A DNA stretch of 64,000 nucleotides, taken from Microthyrium microscopicum (taxonomy: Eukaryota). Both the position numbers and the translations under genes were made by a program. The notes under the pieces are model-generated. The model was given only the letters and a program-made list of their open reading frames with translations. It was not told the DNA's origin and made no database searches. The stretch is taken from assembly GCA_010405405.1 (NCBI GenBank), contig MU004240.1, positions 262,316 through 326,315 of the forward strand, in the 5' to 3' direction. The stretch's first letter is position 1. Each line of letters opens with the position of its first letter. Positions 12,039 through 23,350 of this stretch are shown in pieces.

Positions 12039-14780
12039 GATTGATAATGGTGTTTGAGTGTATCAGTGCGAACAGAAGATATAGAGTGAAAGGGGCCCCT
12101 AGAGAGTGTAACAAATGCGTTTGTTGGGTTGAACTGGTGGTGGATGACGAGGCAGTAGATCGCTTGTGTAGCTTATTATATAGATGCTGTTGGAAATGAC
12201 AACCTTATAGGGAGTGGCTTCACTACACACTAAGCCTAGAGGGGATTGAATGTGATAGGTTTTACTGTAAGCGTTCGAAGTCTTACAGTGAGCAAGTTTG
12301 GCGTAGTGACTAAATGATTGAGTGACCGAATATAGGAAAGTGAAGGATCCAGGGCTGGGTAAATGAAGTTGTATTGCGCACTACTGGGAAGGAAATGAGA
12401 AGATGTAGTGCAACGAAATACTCACGATCACCTTTATATCAACACAACAGAAAGGATGCATGACAGGAAACCCAAATTTCGTTCGAACTCGCCTAGCTGA
12501 GCCATCGGCTCATGTCGCGACCGACCCAAAACGCGGCAAGGCGCACATGAAAGCCTTGTTCTTGTACTGAAATAAAAACATAACATAAATGATGAGCGTA
12601 GGGTGGTTGCAAGCCAGGATGTCTACGGCCCAGAGCAACATGTCTAGGACAGGAAAAGAATAACAAGGTGTGGCGGTAAGCATTCGTGGAGCAATGTTGC
12701 TAAAGATGGACTAAATGAACATCATGAGCTGCGGTCCATGTCAGAACCCGGCCAGGATGATTTGGCTAATTTGGTGTCTTTCTTGCGCGGGAGACTGGGC
12801 TATCGTGGCATTTTTCAAGGTGCTCACTGCTGACCATTGGAGGGCGTATGGAGAGCCGCAGCAGTGGATTTGAAATAGGTGCAGATTACACTAGAGCGGC
12901 ACTTCTCACAGTCTGTAAGAGCGTCTGGTCGTTATTAAAGACCTCGATGGTCAGATTGCCGCCACGGCTCACTTGGCTGCGCCGCAAGCACGACCTCAAC
13001 ATCTCGGTCTTGGACTCTTGGTGTTGGAGTTGATCATACCTGTGTATTTATCATACAACTGAAGAGACGCCTCCCAGGACCAAAAGTCATGAGCGGGAGT
13101 AAACTGATTATTGAGGCCCATGAGAGTGAAACTAGAGAGTCCCTTGAAGCAATCCAAAGCAAGCCTAGGATTTGCAAGCCTAGGATTTGACGAGGTGTTG
13201 TCGGCAAGGTATTTCTGTAAATTCAAGGATGTGGAGAATTTGCTGTCTAGGGGCTTCATTTACACACTAATTGCGCCTCGTTCAGCAATATATCTTGCTA
13301 ATTAACTTTCATTTCCTAACCTCCTTCATTCAGGATTAGCTAACAGGTATGACCGCAAGTCATTTCTTTGCATCTGACGGGAGATCTTCTGTCAGGATTA
13401 TGTATAAGTAAATGAATTCCTGGCTGGTGGTTCAACTATGGAAATAAAAATCTCGCTATGCTGACGTATTTTCACTGTCAGCACTGTGGCAGCTTTGTTA
13501 TTGTCGAGGCCTTGCCATATTGCGACCGCAAACTTGGAACTTTTTTCACTATCACGATGCACTTTTACGCTGACAGGCCTTGTATTTAGCTTGTAAACCA
13601 ACTTAGGGAGGTTGCGGCACTTTGCATGCGTGCGCCGTGAATACTTGGAGCAGGAATTGTAAATCAAGTGATTCAAGCGCATGTATTTGTGCCGCTTTGA
13701 ATGAAAAAGTAAATCAATGCAATATAGCGTTGGCGTTTAGATTGGTTGATCGAGCGCCGGCCCATATCGCGACCGCACCCGCCGTCAATGGTTCCTAAGA
13801 TATTTACACACAGCCACGATGCAATTCCCATGTAGTTAGACATAAATGAATTGCTATTGGGCTTGAGACGAACCACACAGAACGCAAGCTAGGGAACGAT
13901 AACTTGTGAGATTTGGCTGTAGGTGTGTCCTAAGAAGTAAAGAGAGTTCTTGTGGTATGGCATGAAGGTGGCGTAAACCGTGTAGGAAACCTACTGCGAA
14001 ACCGAAGTATGCCGCCGCAACTTGACAGCGGTAATACAGCCCATCTGCCTTGTGCAATGCCGACAAAGGCCGAGCATGCCTTCACTTTTGAGTCTCGCAC
14101 CGACCAGTCTACTGGTGACGTGACAAGAGCCAACACAGGTAGCCTTGGTGATCAAAGTAGGATCACACCATGATCTTTCTGTGTGTTTGACTAGGTTGCT
14201 ATTTATTGCTTCCCAGTTCCTTGAACTAGGCGTTCCATACGAGGAGGTCAAATAAGACCGTGGAGCTTTCCAGCTGAAATTACAATTGACTGTCACACGT
14301 CCTGAAGCGGCATTGAAAACTACCGTTTATTCACAATTGACTGACCAAATATGTGAGCACTGAGCTTCGATTTGAGCCAAAAAAAAATGTTGACTGAGAC
14401 AGATAACAAGGTCGAAGGATGATGTTTCTTGTATCATCTCAATGCGAGCACTTAAACTTGTCTCCAGCCAAGCATCTAATTGCAGGTAAGCCGGGGAAAT
14501 TCTTGTTCGAGCTTGAAAAAGGGCCTTAGGAAGTAAAACAACTGTCAATGCAGGTATATATATTTAGAACATGTCTACCAAGGCTACGCTGCAATACGGT
14601 TACCGACTCGAGTTTCCAAGCAAGCGGTCCAAGCAGCATGGCATATCGAAGTGAGCCTAGTAGCCTGCCATATCATCGCCTTCGCACTGGATCCCGATGA
14701 TAGTGAGAATCTTGATCATGTCGTTCTTTCCCTTTCTAAAGAGTCTCTCCATTCTTTTGCAATGCAGAATTTGTGGCACG

Positions 14781-16022
14781 TTATTCCGATCCTGAGTCGG
14801 AACTGTCGTTGTCACTGGAGTCGCCGTCCGAATCCGATCCACTCGAGCCATCTGATCCGCTCGAAGTCCCGGACTCTGAAGATGAGCTGTCACTGTCCGC
14901 GCCGCTTTCATTGCTTGATCCATTGCCAGAGGATGAGCCGCTGTCCTTGACCTTGGTGGAGCCACGTTTCGCTAGCTTTGTTGGCAAATCCGAATCAATT
15001 GAGCTGACACTAGACACATCATCGTCTGGAAGTCCTGTTCGGACATTGCGCAGCCTGAGTCGTCTTTTCTTGGTCACTGGTCCATCCTCGTTGGGGAAAA
15101 TGATTTTCTTCCCTCGTAAGTGCTCCTCATTAGCAACTACTTTGGGTGGGACGATACGAGCCATCGCAGCATCAAGGGCTCTTAGAACAATTTCCGCACG
15201 CTTTCTTTTGGCCACCTTCATCTGGAACTCGACTGATTTTGAGTCTTCCTTGTCCTGAGCTTCTCGTATTCTGATTTTGGTACCCATCAATTGACGTTTT
15301 AGAGCAGCGATGCGAGCCTCTTTGCGAGCTTTGGAGTCTTCCATGTCGTCGCTAAGTTCAGCAGCTTCTTCTGGCTCAATGACTTCCTTGGTCTCTTCTA
15401 GAATCTCTTGAGCCTCTTGAATCAATTTCTGTTTTGCTGCTTGGCCTTGTAGTCCTTCAACGTAATTGACGAATGCCTCAAAGTGATCCAATGGCAATCG
15501 TTTGTCGACAAAGGCGAATTTGAGAAGTTGCGTCTGGCAGTGTTTGTTGAATTTCCAGTTTGGTCGATCAGTGTCGAATCTTGTCAGATAGGCCAGATAT
15601 TCCGGTGTGTCGTTGGGATCTGCTGAGTTGCCCTTCTTGATGGTGTTGCGAGATTTCTTTTTCGATAAGTGATGGCTTGGTTTAGTAGTTCCAGCCTCAA
15701 GATTTGCTGGATGTGACTTTAAATCATTGAATTCAGCTGCTTCTGACTCGGTGAACTCTCCATGACCTCCTTGTTGATGATCTAGGTAATTGCGAAGCAG
15801 AGCACCAGTGCTATTTCCATCGTCGGCCTTGGAGTCGTCCGCAAACTGCACAGACTTTCTCTTCTTTAGTGGACGCTCAGTACCTGATGATCTCTCACCC
15901 GTACCAACTGCCACTGCCTCATCTAGCTTTCTCTTCTGAGGCGCATCGTTTGAGGCTAACTTGAGCCCTATTCTTTTCCATGCTGGTATTCTAGGTCCTG
16001 GTGAAGCTGTAGTTACCGTCAT
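14781..16022 (-). CDS. WKF-domain nucleolar protein (C7orf50/Ycr016w-like)
   Basis: IPAWKRIGLKL N-terminus, NWKFNKHCQTQLLK motif, basic patches and Ser/Asp-rich tail; 413-aa intronless ORF. Confidence 0.8.
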   Translation of the reverse strand: MTVTTASPGPRIPAWKRIGLKLASNDAPQKRKLDEAVAVGTGERSSGTERPLKKRKSVQFADDSKADDGNSTGALLRNYLDHQQGGHGEFTESEAAEFNDLKSHPANLEAGTTKPSHHLSKKKSRNTIKKGNSADPNDTPEYLAYLTRFDTDRPNWKFNKHCQTQLLKFAFVDKRLPLDHFEAFVNYVEGLQGQAAKQKLIQEAQEILEETKEVIEPEEAAELSDDMEDSKARKEARIAALKRQLMGTKIRIREAQDKEDSKSVEFQMKVAKRKRAEIVLRALDAAMARIVPPKVVANEEHLRGKKIIFPNEDGPVTKKRRLRLRNVRTGLPDDDVSSVSSIDSDLPTKLAKRGSTKVKDSGSSSGNGSSNESGADSDSSSSESGTSSGSDGSSGSDSDGDSSDNDSSDSGSE

Positions 16023-16321
16023 TTTGTTTTTCGTGAGGATCTAGCGCGAATATGCTGTGTAGAAAAATCATCAACTCATGCGGTGGACATAAGATTTTGA
16101 TCTCAAGATAAAATTGTTGCGCTAACTTCGGGCCGAATTGTCGGCCCGCTTGGGGAGCTTTGACCCGACGCGTTGTCAAGCTGCCTAGAAGCTCTAATTG
16201 ATGTGCATCTTCTTGTATACCAACTAATAAACCATCAATTCAAGTTTTGAGCGATTTACGACTTTGTTATCAACCCTCACTGTGCCCCAAATCCGCCTCC
16301 AGACCGTTCATCCTCGCCATC

Positions 16322-17320
16322 ATGTCTAGTACGAGCGCTTCGGCCCTCTCTTTCATTGTGGGGCTCCAGAATACTAACATTGTGTGCAGGTAGCGCTGCC
16401 TATGATCGGCATATCACAATCTTCTCTGATCAGGGTAGATTGTATCAAGTCGGTATGCTTCTTCGCACTAGAAGAGTCGAGTTTGGGGGCCTAATAAGTG
16501 GTAGAATATGCCTTCAAAGCAATAACAGCTGCCAACATTATGTCTGTTGGCGTCAAAGGCAAAGACTGCGCAGTGGTAATATCGCAAAAGAAAGTACCCG
16601 TATGTATTATCAGAACGTCAGCTTATGAATGCTTCTAATTTCTGCCACAGGATAAGCTCATCGACCCCTCATCCGTCTCATACGTCTACAAAATCTCTCC
16701 CTCGGTTGGCTGTGTGATGACTGGCTCCATTGCAGATGCTAGAGCTTCGGTCGACAAGGCAAGAGCGGAAGCAGCCGAATTCAGATACAAGTACGGATAT
16801 GAGATGCCATGCGACGTTCTAGCGAAGAGATTGGCCAATATCAGCCAGGTGTACACCCAGCGAGTAGGTTTTTGCCCGTTTCAGACCGTGGACATATTTG
16901 GATCACGATCATTCAAGCTAATACAAATGATAGGCATACATGCGGCCATTGGGAATTGCTATCACATTGATCTCACTCGATTCGGAATTCGGACCGCAAC
17001 TATACAAGTGCGACCCGGCAGGCTATTATGCAGGATTCAAGGGCACTGCCACAGGTCCAAAAATGCAAGAGGCGCTCAATTTTCTCGAGAAGAAGGTCAA
17101 GAACAAGGACTGCGCCGAAGGTGATTGGAAGGACGTTGTTGAGCTAGGCATCACCACACTCAATACAGTGCTTAGCGTGGATTTCAAGAAGAACGAATTG
17201 GAAATCGGAATTGTGGGTGGACCAAAGATTGACGGCCAAGAAGGAACAGATGCGGCTTTCAGAAAGCTCACCGAGGAAGAGGTCGAAGAAAGACTACAAG
17301 CAATTGCGGACAAAGACTGA
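16322..17320 (+). CDS. SCL1: 20S proteasome subunit alpha type-1 (PSMA6)
   Basis: [53 protein letters not shown]; four introns; divergent from the WKF gene. Confidence 0.95.
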
Positions 17321-19577
17321 GCTGGGCCTGTATACTGGCATTAATAAAAATGCATGCTTGCCACCGCAGAGTTCAGCCCTCTAAAGGTCATATTGGCAGA
17401 CATGACGTTGCCATCGCCGCTCGACGACAGGAGTTCACTTTTTATGTGGGCACGGGGTTCGCTGATAGCCTTAGCAAAAACCACGGAGCATCTTCAATGC
17501 ATAATACAACCCTCCTAGGAACATTGACTCTTTGATTGGTCAGAATTGAGGTTGTATGTGCATGTCCTGTGCTACTACCAACATATAACTTAGCGATAAA
17601 TGATTCAGAAACTTGATTTGTGCCGATCGGCTATCGAAAGAGGTGGTGTAATAGATAGGGTCTGTGAAACATTTACTAATAATTAGTGCAGGAAATGTCC
17701 ATTGTCCAAGGACTGCTGTAGACCAAGCCCCTGGAACGATGCACCAGGCACTCGGGACCTGCTTGGTAAGGCTCGTATATTTTTAAAGGCAGAGTTCGTC
17801 AGGCCAGAACGGTCGCTTAAACAACCATAGTGCTAGATGTGAGCCACATATAGGCGGAGAAACTGCACTAAGCCGGTAGGACAGAGCTCATTATCCAGTC
17901 CATGGCCAATGACCACGTGCGAAGCACGTAATTACAGAAGGAAGAACTGTCTTCCGTTCAACTTGACAGTAGACAGCAAACGGTGGTGGCGTTGTGGAAG
18001 ACGGGATATCGAATTGAAGGCAGCCAATAGCAGTGCACAAGATATGGGACTTGACCATTCAAGCTCATGGATCTGGATAATTTGAACAGTACAACAATGG
18101 TTCCAAAGCACTGTACAGGCTGCGATTGTATTGAAGCCAAAAAGCAAAGGTGTCGATACATGTCGTGGGACTAAAGGGAAAATCATGCCATACTTGCCTC
18201 GAAGAACGGATAAGTCCGACAATGGAAAAGGCCATGAAAGCAGGACAGAGTATCAGAGAATATCCCAAGATAGAGTATCGCACCAATGGCACTTTGCGAG
18301 CCTTCAAGACGTGCCAATTGCTTGGGCTTGTGACGTTTTCACTTTGAGAGATATGCGCGCCGGGAGTCCGGGAGTCGTTTATGCACATTGACATATTCAG
18401 GCTAGAGTAAGGCCATCAATTGACTACTGTATTATCTAGCAGTCTAAGGTAACTCCTCATACTACTGGTAGAAATGGTCAGATTCACTCCGATGTTCCGA
18501 CAGGAGATGTTGATCACGTAGATTTGATGGCTTGGAAGCGCAGTGGCTGCATCGCTCAGCCACGATGTGGCACGAATTTTGTGGAGATTCAACTTCATGC
18601 CCAGGTGATTTGATGGACTCAGGCGGATGCGGCACTTTTAGCCCTCCTGTAACACTGCAGAGTTCGTCAAAACAAACTTTACTAAGGAAGGATTGAGGGT
18701 CGACTTGAGCTGTCAGTGCAATTGACGATATTGTCTACCGCTTGCAAAACCTTGCTGGCGGCAGGGCCTCGCACACCAGTCCACTGGGATTTAGCAAGGA
18801 CTGGGTGATCGGTATCCGTAGAGTAGCCGTTCTCCCTCACCACTTGGGCCAATGATATTTGGTATTAGGAAGGTCGGGGATTTTTTCACTGGATTGGCAA
18901 TCCACGCTGCCCTCCACGGCAAGCCTGGCGAAAGCTAGCGGCCTCGTGGCTGGCGATGCCTCATGAGTATACAGCTGAACTATCCAACATGCCAAGCTGG
19001 GTCCTTCACAAACGCGGACTTGCTCTTCGTACAGAGCCTTCCAATAGCCGCGAAGAATGCGACCGTTGACGGTGTTGAAATTTCTGTTTTGCTGTTGTGC
19101 CGCGACTAAGTTTTGCGCCGGACGTCAGATTGCATTGTGTCCAGCTGCTAGTGTTTCCTCCTTTCTTCCTCTTCTTCATCCACTTCCGTCCATGCTTCAT
19201 CCGTCGGCTGCTTGTTTGGCTTCCGCAAATGACCTCCATAGCATTCTCCTTCCACTCCATTAACGGCCCGGCCCATGCGACCATTCTATTCAGAAGCGAA
19301 AGGACATAATGTCGTTGGCTCAAAGCCGAGCGCGGCCTTCTGCAGTGGGCTTCAATCCTTGCCTGTCACTGGTGAATAACATGCAACACTTGTGAACGAT
19401 CTTCTTTTTTCTTTCTCTCCTTTTTAACGTGTCCATCCTATACATATCTTGGTGACATTCGCCTTCGCTTCCTATGCCGCCACCCAGAAATTACAAGGTC
19501 CAGGTTAGAACATCCAGACACTGGACTATTGAGCCTTGGTATCAACACAAACCTTTAGCCCGGCTAGACTCTTCAGC

Positions 19578-20642
19578 ATGGCAGATGGATGTAGGTTCTT
19601 GAGTGATATGGCAGCCATCATATTGGCTATATCCAGATGTATTTCAAGAGCTAACTTGAGATTTACAGTAAACCACGCACGAGCAATGCGAATAGCCGAG
19701 ATTATGAACGACTTTCGAAGCTTGCAATACTATCTTGCTGCGATTCACGTAAACCCTTTGGCAGAGGATTACTATCTCGAGGGCTATAGCTTGATACGCG
19801 CATGTATCGCTGAAGGACAAGCCGTCCTAGCGAATAGCTATACCAATGCTGCGGCTCATCCTTCCGGCGACGAAGAAGCGGAAAAATCACAGCTCAAGCT
19901 GTAAGTAGCGACCCAAACTTCTGGAATCGAGGCGCTGGGAATGTACAACACGAACTCATCGCCTGCGGATCCACACTTTTCTCGGAGAAATGATCCTTCC
20001 CGACCTTGACGCTAGCTGTTTGAAGCTTTTAGGTTCAAATGACATCGCTAACTGACATTCCCTAGAATTATCGTAGATGCGAGTGTTCGGCGATTTCTAT
20101 GTCAGCGCGCGTACATGAGAGCGGTCGCAGCGCAACGCTGGGCGAATGCGAGAACCCAGATACTCGGTGGGCATCGCCCTCACGCCGGAAATTTGCATCA
20201 ACTTCAACAATTGGATGCTCAGTTACGAACAGTAAGTTTCTCCAAGCCAGGGCCGCCCGCGATCTCTGCTGCGTCGATGATTGGGTACCATTCACTCGGA
20301 ATGAGAGAAATTTGATTGCAGTTCACTCTCCGCAAGTGTACCGTAGTTGAGATTTCAGCTTTAGGACTCGAAAGTTCCAGATACCTCAAGTTTCTCTTGT
20401 AAGATTCGCATCTCTGGCGCATCTAGGCCACAAACTTGAAGTGGATCAGCTACGGAGCAATGCCGCCATTCACAATAATATTGTGGAAATCTCGCTAACC
20501 AGTGAACTTGTAGGAACTCGGCGCAATCACAGATGGACATGTCTTGGACACGCTGCAGTCGCACGATGTCGCTCAAGGCAAATTCATTGACGATGATCCT
20601 TCCCTCGAGATTCTGCTCCAACAAATTCAGTTTCGCCAATAA
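19578..20642 (+). CDS. Conserved fungal hypothetical protein
   Basis: Four exons (19578-19590, 19669-19900, 20066-20231, 20514-20642) with canonical splice signals give an open MADGLNHARAMRIAEIMNDFR...IIVDASVRRFLCQRAY...DDPSLEILLQQIQFRQ*. Confidence 0.8.
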
Positions 20643-21099
20643 TCATGAAGTAACGATTTCATACCCCTTCTTGTTATCAGTATAATCATGCAACGATATT
20701 TTAGTGTCGTGATTCTTTTCGAACCCGGCAATCATGCATGAAGTTCTGGATAGTACATCAATATCTACGATTCGCATTTCAGCAACCGGGAAGGATTACA
20801 GCATCTACTCTGCATTTGAGGCGAGGTCGGTTCGGAAATGCAACACCAGGAGTACAACGTGTTAGGAATAGCATGATGAATTGGCTTGGATAGTCAGTTC
20901 ATAGCGGAAATGGCCGCTTCGCCCTTTGTCATGTCAATGCTCGTTTTAGCGAATCTGGTTTGGCTATACAGCTCGAAAACCATTGTACAACACAAAATAT
21001 AATAATCATTCTTGTCGTCTGCATCATTAGACATGAAATGAAGACATTGAGATTACGCATACTCATGCGTATGGAGCTGTATGCTGTAGCAACTATTTT

Positions 21100-23350
21100 G
21101 GGACTGTCAGGATCTTTTCATGTCGCACATACTTCTACGCATCATTGACGCTTGCGTGAGACTACGAAGCGAGATTATACTACTAGTGTCAAAAGGGTCC
21201 ATTCAATGCTCTCATCTTTCACCCTAACGGAACGCTAACCGCATTGGAAATGCCGCTTCCGAGAACTTTCAAGCCATATAAAAATCGCTTTCAGCATCAT
21301 AACTTGACTTACATAATGAGTGATTACTAAACAAAAGTTGCAAATTTGGTAGCGAGACACTTACTTCCGGGAATAATAGCAGTGTAGTCCAACTTCACTA
21401 AAAAGTCATAGGTCCAGATATATAGGGTCACTTGAAAGTTGAGATTTTTCGCTATGTTTGCCTGTGTGATACTCTACATACCCTCCAAGGTACCTGACAC
21501 ATGTTCAGAATTCTCAGATGCTGTTGAAATAAGACTTCTGATATTGGTGTCTCTGTTTTGTGACCACCATTATAGCTGAGCTTCTCACGATTTGAGAGGT
21601 CTAAGAAACACCGATCAGGCTGAGACTGATCGTCATATAGAAGAATCAAACTAGTCTATCATGCATAGATTTGAGGCAGTGTTCTGCCGGTTGGCACACC
21701 ACTTCAAAAGTGGATTAGCCATGCCAGATCGACGCTGTTTTTGTGCAAATTTGACGCATGAAATTTTCTATCCCCCTGCCTTGCAAGTTGCCTGCCAAAC
21801 CGTCTGATTATCGATGATGGACATATGATATTCGAGTCCTAGTGACTTATTCGGTACAATGAACAATATAAACATTTCGTCATTGCAATATTACGCCTAG
21901 GCAATCGCGGTGTCATTGGTACTTACAGCCTACCATCCTGTCATTGCCGTGGATCGATTTTTCTGGTGAATCCAAGCACGACCACTTTCTTTTGCGGTCA
22001 ATTGTACCTGTTAGTTACACCGCGAAAGGGGAAAAAGTCTTCCTTCGTTTTTGAGATATATCATGCTTTTCAGGTTGGCCAGTCATGATGTTTTGTAGAA
22101 GTGTAAAGTTACTTTTTCCAATTCTAAAGCATACCAGCTGCTATAATTAACCTCTTCGTATATGGTTTGGGAAAATTTGAGCTTCTGTGATATTGTTCAC
22201 AGTGTCGTCCCCCGAGATTTCAAGTCTGATGGATCCAATGTAACGACCACCTGCTTGATCGAAGACGCCTTGTACAATCACGCGAAGATGAACGAGGTCA
22301 ATGATTACACTTAGGACAGCTAGCAAATCCCTTGGTAGATACAATACATAGCAGCATCCGTAGTGTTTGATGTCATCGCCTTTCACAAGTCACCACATTA
22401 TCCAACCATGGACTTTGTTTGGCGCTCCAAGCAGCGTTCTCAGCAGCTTCGAGCCAGCTGTAACCAGCCGACCACTCGTCCAATTAACCACACACATACT
22501 GTTCGTGTCCGCTGGTCGCCTGAAATCTTCCATCACCGTTCCCGTACGCGGATCCAATCGTATGCGATGAATATAACGGCGGCAGCAGCGACAAGACTGA
22601 AGTGAGCGTGGATTCTCGTAGCACCGTAGAAGGAGACTGAGCGAAATCAGCCACCACGATGCAGGAGACGGACGGCTCGTCTCCCCGGTCGCACGAAACG
22701 GAGAAAAGTCAGATCTCCGATTTCCTGCTTTGTTGTGAGAGCTTGGGTTGTATATGGTGCACTGCATAACCGACCGACCCCGTCTGTCGGGTCGGGCGCC
22801 GAAAAGGTTGCAGTGCCTGATCAGATTCAGGGCCCGAGATCGTGGTGAGAGAAGGGGGCGGGTGTCCCGATGTTGAAGAGTACATACATTGTACGTGGGA
22901 TATCGGCACAACCCGACCACTGGCCAGAATGGGAACCCATCGCCTTAAATCATGGTACATAACAGTACATACTCTGAGAGTGTCTTCTCGGTTTCGTGAC
23001 GCAATACTACTCGTTGATTGAGAGAGAAGAGATGAGAGTCTGTTGGGCATATGCATTGGACATTCTGCCTGATCGAGCGATCACTACCTATCTCTCTCGC
23101 GTAAACAGCTCAGCTTGTTTCTGATGACCTGATTATCACCATGCGAGACCAATCCTGCAACTATCAGGCCATTACTTGACTCTTGAGTAAATCTAGACTT
23201 CTGAAGAGACAAAGCTTAGCAGGCATCACTGATCAGGCTCACATCAGTCGAAAGATGTTGTACTTGTGACTGATGTATGAGTCGTCAGGATTTTAGCCTG
23301 GAGAGCCCGCCGTTCAGGAGTAAAGTCTGCAGTGCTGAGCCTGCCTGGTG
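21100..23350 (+). ncRNA. Long structured non-coding RNA, candidate telomerase RNA (TER)
   Basis: No credible protein gene. ACCCTAAC at 21221-21228; helix 21129-21149/22082-22104 encloses this template and a pseudoknot-like region at 21905-22039. Nested long-range helices at 22290-23020 with many G-U pairs favour the + strand. Ends are uncertain. Confidence 0.55.

Noticed and set aside
12700..14550. Fragmentary ORFs and a 15-bp tandem duplication (about 13160-13189) suggesting a decayed gene
   Set aside because: No consistent frame, splice model or recognisable family.
22600..22945. Structured domain read as RNase P/MRP, SRP RNA, hammerhead ribozyme or group I intron
   Set aside because: Could not find the required conserved elements in order (P4 CR-I/CR-V, SRP helix 8 plus Alu, CUGANGA core, P/Q/R/S).
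22390..23056. Minus-strand ORFs of 176 and 115 aa
   Set aside because: No recognisable motifs and Arg/Ser/Pro-rich shadow-like composition; the region is better explained as structured RNA.
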